NCBI GenBank assembly: GCA_963822945.1
Contig: CAWGJO010000022.1
Span: forward strand, 1-64,000
DNA from: an uncultured Gemmatimonadaceae bacterium
GTDB lineage: Bacteria > Gemmatimonadota > Gemmatimonadetes > Gemmatimonadales > Gemmatimonadaceae
Reading direction: 5' to 3'
DNA: 64,000 bases
The notes beneath the pieces were generated by a model. It saw only the letters and a program-made list of their open reading frames with translations, searched no databases and was not told the origin of the DNA. Position 1 is the stretch's first letter. Each line of letters begins with the position of its first letter. Below, in pieces: positions 1 to 9,215 of the stretch. The position numbers and the translations under genes are program-made.

Positions 1-560
1 TGCTGCCCCCCGTCGTTGGTGAGATACACGCCGCGCTCGGGATTCGGGCCGTACACATGCCCCATCGCCGCAACGAGCACGCGGTCGGGGTCGTGCGGAT
101 CGATCAGGATGCGCCCGATGTGGTGCGTGGCCTCGAGCCCGACGTTCGTCGACGTCTTGCCGGCGTCGTTCGACCGGTAGATACCGTTCCCCGCGGCGAT
201 GTCGTAGCGTGCGGCCACCTGCCCGGTTCCGACATAGATGACGTTGGGGTCGGAGGGGGCGATGGCGAGCGCCCCCACCGCCGACGACGCTTCGTGCTGC
301 ATCAACCCCTGCCAGGTGCGGCCGGCGTCGGTGGTCTTCCAGATACCCCCGCCGGCGGCGCCGAAGTAGAAGGTGTTCGGCTCACTCGGGACGCCCTCGG
401 CCACGGTGGCCCATCCGGCTCGGAAGGGGCCGACGAATCGCCAGTGGAGTGCCTGGTATGCGCTCGGCGGCACGACAGGCGCGGCGCGATGCTGCGGCGG
501 CGGGCCCGGCTGCGATCCGAACATCAGCAGGAGGGCGGCGGCGGTCGCGGCTTTCGTCAT
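1..560 (-). CDS. N-terminal part of a secreted BNR/VPS10-repeat beta-propeller (glycosyl hydrolase-like) protein; runs off the window edge
   Basis: Not in the ORF track. Manual translation from ATG 560: MTKAATAAALLLMFG...LHWRFVGPFRAGW...TFYFGAAGGGIWKTTDAGRTW...GIYRSNDAGKT...GVYLTNDGG, with Asp-box-like repeats; GGAGA upstream. Confidence 0.8.
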   Translation of the reverse strand, partial: MTKAATAAALLLMFGSQPGPPPQHRAAPVVPPSAYQALHWRFVGPFRAGWATVAEGVPSEPNTFYFGAAGGGIWKTTDAGRTWQGLMQHEASSAVGALAIAPSDPNVIYVGTGQVAARYDIAAGNGIYRSNDAGKTSTNVGLEATHHIGRILIDPHDPDRVLVAAMGHVYGPNPERGVYLTNDGGQ

Positions 561-724
561 CTCGTGGATCTCCAGTAGGCGCTGCGGGGGAGGGAGTCCA
601 TGAACTGAATGCGTCGACGGCCGCCCCGCAACTGCGGGACGGCCGCCGGAGGTTTTCCCCACGAACTGCTGTTGCCCGCGATCGTGCCCCCCCCCGGAGG
701 GCGCGGGCGGCCCCCCGAATGCGG

Positions 725-1738
725 CTACTGCCTGGCCGCCACCGTCGGGCCGGTGACCTGGATCAGTCCCACCGCGCCCTTCTCGGCATCGGCGAAGCTG
801 TGCGTCACGAAGGGATACATCCCCACGCCGCTCGCGCCCTTCTGGAACACCGTCTCGAACACCGCGCCGCCGCCGGCCGGCACCATGTAGGTCTGAATGT
901 CGTGCAGCGCGTCGCCCGGATTGCCGTCGGGAAGCACCCGGTCGAAGATGTTGCCCACGATGTGGAAGTCGCTGTTGTAGCTCGGCCCCGCGTTCACGAC
1001 GAACAGTCGCACACGGTCGCCCTCCTTCACCTGGAGCGGATGCGCCTTGTACTGGAACGCGCGTCCGTTGAACACCACATAGGTGGCGTTCTTCGCCATC
1101 GCGGCCTGCCAGTCGGGCTGCTCGGCCACGCCCGGCGCCGTGCCGTCCTTGGCGTAGAACTCGCTCTGCAGGATCACGAATTCCTTGTCGGCCTTCGTGC
1201 CCCAGCCGTCCTTCGGATCGACGATGATCGCCATGTACATCCCTTGCATGATGTGCATGGTGACGGGCGGCGTGCCGCAGTGCACCAGGAAGGCGCCGGC
1301 CGTGTTGGCGTGGAACTCGAACGAGATCGAGTCGTGCGGATTGATCGACTTGTAGGCCACGTTCCATGGAATGCGCGCCGCGTGCAGGTCGATGGAGTGC
1401 GCGATCGGTGCCTCGTTCACCACCTTGATGCGCACCAGGTCGCCCTGTCGCACGTGGAGCACGGGGCCGGGCACGGTGCCGCCGAAGGTCCAGCCGTCAT
1501 AGGTGACGCCGTCGGCAATGGTGAGCTTCTCGTCCTCGATCGGAATGCGGAATTCCTTGATGGGTGCGGACGAGGCCGGCGCGAGCGCGGCGTCGTACGC
1601 AGGGCTCGTGGCGGTGACGGTCTTGCCGAAGTCCACACGGTCCACGGCCGGGGTGTGCCACGACGGCGCCATGGCGAGCGCGGTGAGCGCGAGAACCGCA
1701 ACGGAAGCGGCGACGATGAGGGAGCGTGTCTTGAACAT
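725..1738 (-). CDS. nirK: Copper-containing nitrite reductase (NirK/AniA-type, two cupredoxin domains) with signal peptide
   Basis: HSIDLH (type 1 His, catalytic Asp, type 2 His), HCGTPPVTMHIMQGM (His-Cys...His...Met), DFHIVG (catalytic His), FVTHSF (type 2 His); start MFKTRSLIVAA. Confidence 0.85.
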   Translation of the reverse strand: MFKTRSLIVAASVAVLALTALAMAPSWHTPAVDRVDFGKTVTATSPAYDAALAPASSAPIKEFRIPIEDEKLTIADGVTYDGWTFGGTVPGPVLHVRQGDLVRIKVVNEAPIAHSIDLHAARIPWNVAYKSINPHDSISFEFHANTAGAFLVHCGTPPVTMHIMQGMYMAIIVDPKDGWGTKADKEFVILQSEFYAKDGTAPGVAEQPDWQAAMAKNATYVVFNGRAFQYKAHPLQVKEGDRVRLFVVNAGPSYNSDFHIVGNIFDRVLPDGNPGDALHDIQTYMVPAGGGAVFETVFQKGASGVGMYPFVTHSFADAEKGAVGLIQVTGPTVAARQ

Positions 1739-1817
1739 TTGAAAGAGTCCATGATGGAAGCGGTGCGCGACTGTCGTGCCGCGTACTTCCAACCTCGCCG
1801 GCGCCGGTCGGGGCAGG

Positions 1818-1833
1818 CGTGACGATTGTCACG
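1818..1833. promoter_or_regulatory. Crp/Fnr-family operator palindrome CGTGAC-GATT-GTCACG
   Basis: Perfect 6-bp arms with GTGA-N6-TCAC geometry, between divergent nirK and the Crp/Fnr gene. Confidence 0.7.
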
Positions 1834-1871
1834 GGTGGCGCCGGGCCCCGGATCGGCCGCAGATTCCCCAC

Positions 1872-2567
1872 ATGAGCGATGTCCGACTGCTCGCCAGCGT
1901 GTCGATCTTTCAGACGCTCGGCGATAAGGCCCTCCACCAACTGGCAGCCCGGTGCGTGTCGCGCGAGGTGGGCGAGGGGCACGTGTTGTTCACCATGGGT
2001 GAGGCCTGCCGCGGGCTGTACGTCCTGGCGAGCGGGCGCGTACGGATCTACCGGGTGAACCCCGAGGGCAAGGAGCAGGTGCTGCGCGTCGAGCTTCCCG
2101 GCGCGGCGATCGCCGAACTCCCCCTGTTCGATGGCGGGGTCTATCCGGCATCGGCCGTCACCACGGAGCCCTCTCGGCTGCTCTTCGTGCCGCGCGACGA
2201 GTTCGAAGGGCTCATCCGCTCGGACCCCGACTTCGCCATGGCCGTGATGCGCGCCCTGGGGCGGAGGCTGCGCCATCTGGTTGCGGTCACGGAAACACTT
2301 GCATTTCGAGACGTGGCGGCGCGCCTGGCCCACCTCCTGGCCGACTATGCCGACCGGGAGGGGGCAATGCCCAATCAGCCCGTCGTCGTCCGTTTGCGCC
2401 GGACCCAGGAAGAGTTGGCCATGGAACTTGGGACGGCCCGCGAATCCGTCTCGCGCGCCATGAAGACGCTCCGCACGCGGGGGTTGGTGGTATCGTTGGG
2501 CGGGGCGCGTCTGCAGATTCCGGAACCGTGGCGGCTGCGTGCCTTTTCGCGGGGTGGCCCGCAATGA
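1872..2567 (+). CDS. Crp/Fnr family transcriptional regulator (DNR/HcpR-like; no FNR Cys cluster)
   Basis: cNMP-type domain (LFTMGEACRGLYVLASGRVRIY...AELPLFDGGVYPASA) and HTH RTQEELAMELGTARESVSRAM. Confidence 0.9.
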   Translation: MSDVRLLASVSIFQTLGDKALHQLAARCVSREVGEGHVLFTMGEACRGLYVLASGRVRIYRVNPEGKEQVLRVELPGAAIAELPLFDGGVYPASAVTTEPSRLLFVPRDEFEGLIRSDPDFAMAVMRALGRRLRHLVAVTETLAFRDVAARLAHLLADYADREGAMPNQPVVVRLRRTQEELAMELGTARESVSRAMKTLRTRGLVVSLGGARLQIPEPWRLRAFSRGGPQ

Positions 2568-2665
2568 CATCCCACCGCTACGCACCCTCTTAGTGGCCCT
2601 GGGGAGGAACCCGGAGTCTTTGAAGGGTAGAGAGTCGTTATCGAACTCCGGAAGAGGAACCAACC

Positions 2666-3394
2666 GTGACCGTGCCCACTGAATCTCCCCCAGCCTCATC
2701 GGCCCAACCCACGCTGCTCGTGATCGACGACGAGGTGCAGATCCGCCGCGCCGTGCGCAACGCGCTGCGGGACCTGACGGAAAACGTCGTCGAAGTGTCC
2801 ACCGGCCGCGAAGGCATCGACCAGGCCGCGGCGTCCATGCCCGACCTGATCGTGCTCGACCTCGGCCTGCCGGACATGGCGGGCGCCGAGGTCTGCCGCG
2901 AGGTGCGCCGCTGGGGCACCATGCCCATCGTCGTGCTCTCGGCCCGGCACGCCGAGGAAGAGAAGGTCGGGCTGCTGAACCTGGGCGCCGACGACTACAT
3001 CACCAAGCCGTTCAGCACGCAGGAATTCTCGGCGCGCGTGCGCGCGCACCTGCGGCGCTTCCAGTCGCTGTCCGCGCCGTCGCACGCGGCGACGATTGCC
3101 GTGGACGGGCTGACCATCGACCTCGTCCGCCGGCGGGTCTCGCGCGGTTCGGGGGCCATCCACCTCACGCCCATCGAGTGGGAGATCCTGCGCACGCTCG
3201 CCACGGCGTCGGGGCGCACGCTCACGCACCAGCAGATCTTCGACGCGGTGTGGGGACGCGCGTTCGGCAATCCGCAGCAGTACCTGCGGGTACACATCAC
3301 AAATCTGCGCCGCAAGGTGGAGGTCGACCCGTCGCGCCCGCAGCTCATCATCACGGAACCGGGTGTCGGGTATCGTTTCGAGTCGAACGCCTAG
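2666..3394 (+). CDS. OmpR-family response regulator, KdpE-like
   Basis: LVIDDE, LIVLDLGLPD, GADDYITKPF, winged helix YLRVHITNLRRKVEVDPSRPQLIITEPGVGYRF. Confidence 0.9.
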   Translation: MTVPTESPPASSAQPTLLVIDDEVQIRRAVRNALRDLTENVVEVSTGREGIDQAAASMPDLIVLDLGLPDMAGAEVCREVRRWGTMPIVVLSARHAEEEKVGLLNLGADDYITKPFSTQEFSARVRAHLRRFQSLSAPSHAATIAVDGLTIDLVRRRVSRGSGAIHLTPIEWEILRTLATASGRTLTHQQIFDAVWGRAFGNPQQYLRVHITNLRRKVEVDPSRPQLIITEPGVGYRFESNA

Positions 3395-4796
3395 CGTCCG
3401 GCGTTCAGCACCCGTTCGCGGGTGGGTCCTGTGGACGATCCTGCTCGCGCTCGTCACGATCGCGATGGGACAGTTCCGCCCCGACATCGACCAGGCGCAC
3501 GTCGTCCTGACGTATCTGCTGGTGGTGTTGGGGGCCAGCGTGGCCGGCGGCCGGGGCTTCGGCTTCGTGATGGCCTGCGTGGCGTTCGTCTTCATCAACT
3601 ACTTCTTCCAGCAGCCCTACGATACGCTCGCTGTGGGCAAGGGGCTGGAACTGGTGGTGCTGTTCGCGTTCCTCGCCACGTCGATGACGGCCACCGAACT
3701 GCTGGCGCGTGCGCACGCCGAGGCCGTCGAAGCGAGCCGCCGCGCCGACGAGGTGACCCGGCTCTCGCACCTCGGATCCGAGACGCTGAACGCGGGGACG
3801 CCGGAGCAGGCGCTGGGGTCGATTGCCCGCGTGATCCGCGACGAACTGCGGGTCGATTCCTGCTCCATCGACCGGGTCGTGGACGGCGCCGAGGTGCAGA
3901 TTGCGCACGCCGGTGCCTGGCCGCCCGTGGGGTCGGCGCGAACGCTCACGCTTCCGCTCACCGTGCACGGTGAGGCGGTGGGGTCATTGCGGCTGCACCA
4001 CCCGCTGGACATCATGCTGGACGAATCGCAGAACCGGTTTCTGGAGGCCCTCACCTACTACGCCGCGCTGGGCGTGGAGCGCGTGCGGTTGGAGGCCGAG
4101 GCGGCGCACGCCGAGGCGCTTCGCGAGGCCAACCGTCTGAAGGACGTGCTGCTGGCCACGGTGAGCCACGACCTGCGCACCCCGCTCACCACCATCAAGG
4201 CGCTGGCGCAGGACGCCGCCCTGCGCGGCGACGAGAATGCCATGGTGATCGAGGAACAGGCCGACCGTCTGTCCCGCCTCGTGAACGACCTCCTGGACCT
4301 GTCGCGGATCAAGGGCGGAACGTTCAAGACCAACGCCGAGTTGAACTCCGCCGAGGACGTGATCGGCGCGGTCGCACGCCAGTTCGCCGGCGCGGCCCGC
4401 GGCCGCCAATTGGTGACGGCGGTCGATCTGTCGCAGCCGGCGCTGTTCGGCATGTTCGACTTCGTGCACACGCTGCGCATCCTGAGCAACCTGGTGGAGA
4501 ACGCGCTGCGCTACGCGCCCAAGGGATCGGCGGTGGAATTGAAGGCGACGCGCGAGGGGGAGCGGTTGCGGTTCGCGGTGGCCGACCACGGGCCCGGTGT
4601 GCCGAACAGCGAGGTACATCAGATCTTCGAGCCGTTCTACCGGCCCCCGTCGTCCGCCAACGACGGTGGGGCGGGGCTGGGGCTGTCCATCGCGCAACGA
4701 TTGGCGCACGCGCAGGGTGGCCAGGTGGAGTACACGCCCCGTCGTGGCGGCGGCAGCATATTCTCGCTCGTGCTGCCGGCCTGCGACCCCGACTGA
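3363..4796 (+). CDS. KdpD-like sensor histidine kinase (4 TM, short GAF, HisKA, HATPase); start uncertain
   Basis: FINYFFQQPYDTL transmembrane signature, VSHDLRTPLT H-box, NLVENALRY, DHGPG, GAGLGLSI. Confidence 0.85.
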   Translation: MSGIVSSRTPSVRRSAPVRGWVLWTILLALVTIAMGQFRPDIDQAHVVLTYLLVVLGASVAGGRGFGFVMACVAFVFINYFFQQPYDTLAVGKGLELVVLFAFLATSMTATELLARAHAEAVEASRRADEVTRLSHLGSETLNAGTPEQALGSIARVIRDELRVDSCSIDRVVDGAEVQIAHAGAWPPVGSARTLTLPLTVHGEAVGSLRLHHPLDIMLDESQNRFLEALTYYAALGVERVRLEAEAAHAEALREANRLKDVLLATVSHDLRTPLTTIKALAQDAALRGDENAMVIEEQADRLSRLVNDLLDLSRIKGGTFKTNAELNSAEDVIGAVARQFAGAARGRQLVTAVDLSQPALFGMFDFVHTLRILSNLVENALRYAPKGSAVELKATREGERLRFAVADHGPGVPNSEVHQIFEPFYRPPSSANDGGAGLGLSIAQRLAHAQGGQVEYTPRRGGGSIFSLVLPACDPD

Positions 4797-4811
4797 CCTC
4801 CGCCGGAGCCG

Positions 4812-5309
4812 CTAGAGCGCGTTCGCTGGGTCCCCGTTGTGCTCGTCCATCATGAGAGGCGGCGATCCGTCTTCCAGTCCCGACGCCTGCACCCAGGATT
4901 GGAGCAGGGTGGCCAGAGACCGCCTCTCGTCCGCCGAGAGCGCGCGAGCGCCGCGCAGCAGTTTCACCTGCACGGTGGTCGGCGCTCCCGCCAGCACATC
5001 CCGCCCGCTCTGGGTGAGCGACAACTCCACCCGGCGGCGGTCGGTCTCCGACGCCGTGCGCGTCACGTACCCGTGGTCGACGAGGCGCCGGACGACCACG
5101 GACACCGAACTCTGGTGCGTGGCCGTGCGTTCGGCGAGTTCGTTGAGCGAGTGCGCTGGGCGCTCCGCCAACTGCTGTAGCACGAACAACTGGGCACCGC
5201 TCATCCCCATCCGGCTCTCGATCATTCGCGACGAGACGCGCAGTGCCCGGACGATGGAGCGGACGGCATTCATCGCCGCGGTGATCTGTTCGGTTTCTTC
5301 GATCGTCAT
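4812..5309 (-). CDS. MarR family transcriptional regulator
   Basis: GMSGAQLFVLQQL...SLNELAERT...SSVSVVVRRLVDHGYVTR...DRRRVELSLTQSG. Confidence 0.88.
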   Translation of the reverse strand: MTIEETEQITAAMNAVRSIVRALRVSSRMIESRMGMSGAQLFVLQQLAERPAHSLNELAERTATHQSSVSVVVRRLVDHGYVTRTASETDRRRVELSLTQSGRDVLAGAPTTVQVKLLRGARALSADERRSLATLLQSWVQASGLEDGSPPLMMDEHNGDPANAL

Positions 5310-5507
5310 GGGGGCAACTCGTCGTTTTGGGGGCCGACCACTTTCGGTGCGGGCCGACGCCGGCGGTTCCAGTCCGCGCACGGCCGGCGCTGGAGATCAC
5401 CGGGCGGTTGTCACTACTTACGGATGGCGAGGCGGAGACGTTGGGCTCCCTGACATACATGCTTGCTAAACCGGCGCATGGTGGCCGTGGGCCGGCGGCG
5501 TGCGTTC

Positions 5508-7238
5508 CTACCGCCGAACCGTCAGCACCCGCTCGGCGAGCGCCGGTGGCTCCCCGTCGGGCGTAACCTGCAATCGGATGCGGTACGTACCCCCGGCCAG
5601 GCGGGACAGGTCCACAGCCACCGAGCGCCCGATCACGCCGGCCACAGGCCGGGCTGCCTCTCTCCAGTGCAGGGCGATCGGCCTGTCGCCGCCGCCGAGA
5701 TGCAATGCGCGACGCGCACGCTGCCACCAGCTCGCGCCTACACGTTCCACCGTCAGGGACACATCGAGAGGACTGCCGACTGCACCGAATCCGTACACTT
5801 CCCAGTAGAGCCCGAGCGTCCGGTGCGTCGTGGTCTCCGCCGCCGGCAGCGCGTCCGGGATTGCCTCACCAAGCGTTTCGGGCATTCTGCCTGCCGGCCG
5901 GAAGAGCAGGATATCCGACAGCCGCGCGGCGTTCCCACTGCCGGGCCTGCGCAGGGCGCGGCGTTCCCGCGCCGCGGCGTGCGTGCTGTCGTCGAAGACG
6001 TCCACGTCCACCAGCGCATCCAGCCGTGGCGCCAGCACCGTGAGGACGCCGGTGGGCGCCGCCGACGAGTCCCAGCTCACGAATCGTTGGCGCTCGTCCG
6101 GCGCCACGGCCAGCGCCGCGCGAAGCCCGTGCCCGTGGAGCAACGAGTCGCCCGACACGTCGTATCCGGCGACGACCAGCATGGAATCGCCGCGCACGAA
6201 CCGCGACAGCAACATGCGCAGCGGCTGAATGGACGCCGCATACGCCGGCGCGTAGCGGGAAGCGGCGCGCCTGGCGTGCAGGTCCCAATCGTCCGGGCGC
6301 GCGGTGAAGGTCGAATCGAGCAGGCGGCCATCGGGAAAGAAGGCGAAGCTCGGTTGCGGGTCGTGTCCCATGATCGAATACGAGGGGTCGATCTGCAGGA
6401 CCGGTTCCACCCGCTCGAACCATCGCGGCCATCCGTACCGCAGCAGCAGTTCGGCGAGGTCGTCGCCCCAACTGGCGGTCTCGGGCCAGACCGACTGCCG
6501 GGCGATCTCGACCATGGTCCGCCGGGCGAACTGCTCGGTACGCCGGTCGTTGGCGCGCATGGCGTAGAAGGGCTGGGCCAGCCACCACAGGCGGGCGTTG
6601 AGCTGCGCACGTCCGTCGCAGTCGGCGCGCGCGTAGCGGTCGGCCGTCCGGCCGTCGAGCAACGGCGTGAGATCGAGCCACCGGCACCGCACGCTGTCGG
6701 GCATCTCCGTGAGCGCGCGATCGAAGGCCGATTCGGCGTCCGCGAAGTGCTGGCCGACGTGCAGGGCCAACCCGCGCAGCGCGTCGCACCACCAAGCCTC
6801 AGCTCCGCAGGGTGTGACGGCCGCGAGCGCCGAGTCCGGGCGGCCGGCCTCCAACTGGTAGCGGACGCGTTGGCCCGCGATCCATCCGTCGCCCGGAGCG
6901 GCCCGGGCCGCGCTGTCCAGGGTCTCGAGGAGGGCGAGTCGGGCCCGCACGATGGCGGGCGGTTCGGGCGGCGGTTGGTCGGGCGTGTCGCCGTGCCAGT
7001 AGCAGAACCGGCCGATCCGCTCGTCGCAGTGGCCCCCCGATCCGCCTCGCGTCCACGGCAGATGTGCCCGGCGTGTGGACTCGAAGTCGCGCTGCGCGGC
7101 GTGCGCCGTGCGCACCCACCGCACCGAATCCGCCGATTGCGCACCGGCCACACCGCCGGGCACGACGAGCGGCACGATCAGTCCAATCGTCTTCAGTACA
7201 CTCGCGATCTGCGCGCCCGGCATCGCGGTCCTCCCCAC
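5508..7238 (-). CDS. Secreted hypothetical protein, loosely GWxTD-protein-like; start may be 7223
   Basis: Signal peptide ending GAQSA, LLRYGWP motif, C-terminal beta-sandwich-like region (LYWEVYG...DLSRLAGGTYRIRLQV). Confidence 0.6.
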   Translation of the reverse strand: MGRTAMPGAQIASVLKTIGLIVPLVVPGGVAGAQSADSVRWVRTAHAAQRDFESTRRAHLPWTRGGSGGHCDERIGRFCYWHGDTPDQPPPEPPAIVRARLALLETLDSAARAAPGDGWIAGQRVRYQLEAGRPDSALAAVTPCGAEAWWCDALRGLALHVGQHFADAESAFDRALTEMPDSVRCRWLDLTPLLDGRTADRYARADCDGRAQLNARLWWLAQPFYAMRANDRRTEQFARRTMVEIARQSVWPETASWGDDLAELLLRYGWPRWFERVEPVLQIDPSYSIMGHDPQPSFAFFPDGRLLDSTFTARPDDWDLHARRAASRYAPAYAASIQPLRMLLSRFVRGDSMLVVAGYDVSGDSLLHGHGLRAALAVAPDERQRFVSWDSSAAPTGVLTVLAPRLDALVDVDVFDDSTHAAARERRALRRPGSGNAARLSDILLFRPAGRMPETLGEAIPDALPAAETTTHRTLGLYWEVYGFGAVGSPLDVSLTVERVGASWWQRARRALHLGGGDRPIALHWREAARPVAGVIGRSVAVDLSRLAGGTYRIRLQVTPDGEPPALAERVLTVRR

Positions 7239-7307
7239 GCTTCGAGGCCGTCCTTTCCATATATATGGACTCGATGGCCCGCGTCGATGCCCCGGATCCC
7301 GGCCCGG

Positions 7308-9215
7308 TTACCGGCCGGGCGGTTGGAACGCGGGGTCGGGGTTGGCGAGTCCGACGTCGTCCATCACCACCGTGCCGGCCGGCGTTCGGTCGAACACGAG
7401 GCGGATGGCGCGCAGCCTGGACGGCTCGAACGCCGGGGCCACCTTGCGGAACGCCGCCAACGGCATCGGGTAGGTCTGGAGCACCAATTCGTACGGATGG
7501 CGGAACGCCGCCTTCTCCCGGTCGGCGCGCCGCAGCACGTGCGTTTCCAGCGGCCGCCGTACCGGTGCGAAGAGCGAGAGAGGCAGACGCGCCCGGTGTC
7601 CGTCGGCATCCACGAGCTCCACGGTCAGGTCCATCGGCACCGAGTCGTCGTGCACCGCGGGCGGCTTCGGCGCGTTCTTCCGGCTCTCCTTTGCCGCGGA
7701 GTCACGCGCCGGGCGGCGCGGGCCCGGAATGTCGCGCGTCGGGGCCAGCGAGAGCATCACCGACGACGTGTCGCCCACCCGCAGCGCGCGCACCAGCGAG
7801 TCGCTGAGCGTGAGCGTGTACGATGCGGGCGTCCCACGCGCCGCAGTGTCGGCGCCGGCGATGCGGTTGTTCCACCCCAACCACACGGCGTTGGTATTCT
7901 GCTCGTCGTTCTTGTGGCGGAGCGGAATCGGCGCTTCGTCCCATTTCGCCAGACTGTCGCCGCTGAGCGTGACGCCGGGCACCGACCCGGTGGTCACGTC
8001 CACGTCCTCGTCGTAGCCGGCGAGCAGACGGAAACTGCTCTCCTGGAACCGCGTGATGTACATGGTCTTCGGCAGCCAGTGGCCGATGGTGCGCTGGTCG
8101 CGGAACATCGGCAGGTATTCCTTGCGATGGTGCAGGGTGGCTTCCAGGAATCCGCCGATCACCACCCGCGCGAACTGCCGCTGCTGGTCCGGCGAGAGCA
8201 GGGCGCGCAGATCGAGGCGGTTGGCGCTTCTCGGACCGTTGTCGTGGTTGTTCCAGATGCTGTTCCACTGGCCGTGGTTGGCGCGGTACACGTACCACGC
8301 CGACTTGAAGTACGGCTTTCCGTCCGTGAACCGCAGCCGTTCGTACGGCCGCAACCCCATGAACTCCGACACGTCGCCGTCGTGCGACCCGTGCATCACC
8401 AGAAAGTTCACGTTCTCGATCGGTTCGAATTCGCCGGCCGGCTTGTACTGTCCGTCCACCGGCGCGATGGCCACCACCGACCGGATGTTGAAGTGGAAGT
8501 CGAACCGCACGTTCGCGTCGTCGGGGTAGCGGGTGAGGCGGTTGAACTGCACGGCATGGCTCACCGCGCCGCCGCCCCGTGAATGCCCCATGATCGCAAT
8601 CTCGTTCCAGTCCACCTTGTGGAAGAACGGGTTGGTGGCGCTGTCGGTGAACGCCTTCCAGGCCTTCAGGTGCTCGAGCATGATCCAGGCGCGCCCGTCG
8701 TTCTCGCCGCGCAGGCTGCCGTTGATGTAGTTCTCGTCCACCGACACGAGAATGAACCCGCGCGAAGCCAGCAGTTCACCCAGGTACCGATAGCCCGGAT
8801 CGGAATAGTCGGTGGGATCGTGGTTGCCGTGCGCGATGACGACCAGGGGGAAGGGGCCGGCGCCCTCCGGATACCAGACCCGTCCGTTCAGCGGCGAGTG
8901 CTTGATGTCGAAGCCCCAGGTCTTCTTCCGTCGCTTGGCTTCGTCGGGGGGCATCTTCACGAACGGCGATGCGTCCACGGCCCTGGTGCGGATGGCGATC
9001 GAGTCACGATACGCGGCCCGCCGCTGGTCGGTGCCGCTGCCATACGTCAGATACTTCACCCGGTACGGCCCGGGCTCTCCCGGATTCGGTGCCGTGATCA
9101 ACTGCTGCGACAGCACGGTCTTCGAATCGTCGGGACTCAGCTTCAGCGACTGCGTGCAGGCGCCGAGCGCGACCGCTGCCACGGCGGCGATCGCCAGACC
9201 AGGCCGCGCCGTCAT
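7308..9215 (-). CDS. Lipoprotein alpha/beta hydrolase (chlorophyllase/PAF-AH-like) with C-terminal beta domain
   Basis: Lipobox VALGAC, GPFPLVVIAHGNH, GYRYLGELLASRGF, nucleophile elbow GHSRGG, HDGDV, ANHGQWN. Confidence 0.8.
   Translation of the reverse strand: MTARPGLAIAAVAAVALGACTQSLKLSPDDSKTVLSQQLITAPNPGEPGPYRVKYLTYGSGTDQRRAAYRDSIAIRTRAVDASPFVKMPPDEAKRRKKTWGFDIKHSPLNGRVWYPEGAGPFPLVVIAHGNHDPTDYSDPGYRYLGELLASRGFILVSVDENYINGSLRGENDGRAWIMLEHLKAWKAFTDSATNPFFHKVDWNEIAIMGHSRGGGAVSHAVQFNRLTRYPDDANVRFDFHFNIRSVVAIAPVDGQYKPAGEFEPIENVNFLVMHGSHDGDVSEFMGLRPYERLRFTDGKPYFKSAWYVYRANHGQWNSIWNNHDNGPRSANRLDLRALLSPDQQRQFARVVIGGFLEATLHHRKEYLPMFRDQRTIGHWLPKTMYITRFQESSFRLLAGYDEDVDVTTGSVPGVTLSGDSLAKWDEAPIPLRHKNDEQNTNAVWLGWNNRIAGADTAARGTPASYTLTLSDSLVRALRVGDTSSVMLSLAPTRDIPGPRRPARDSAAKESRKNAPKPPAVHDDSVPMDLTVELVDADGHRARLPLSLFAPVRRPLETHVLRRADREKAAFRHPYELVLQTYPMPLAAFRKVAPAFEPSRLRAIRLVFDRTPAGTVVMDDVGLANPDPAFQPPGR

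Noticed and set aside
1767..1780. Second Crp-type site near the nirK start (GCGAC-TGTC-GTGCC)
   Set aside because: Three mismatches to the core motif; not distinguishable from background.
5463..8582. Very long antisense or alternate-frame ORFs (1039 aa here; also 58635..61550, 49662..52358, 14511..16676, 14687..16855)
   Set aside because: Arg/Gly/Ala/Pro-rich shadows of real genes, expected in high-GC DNA; no family motifs.
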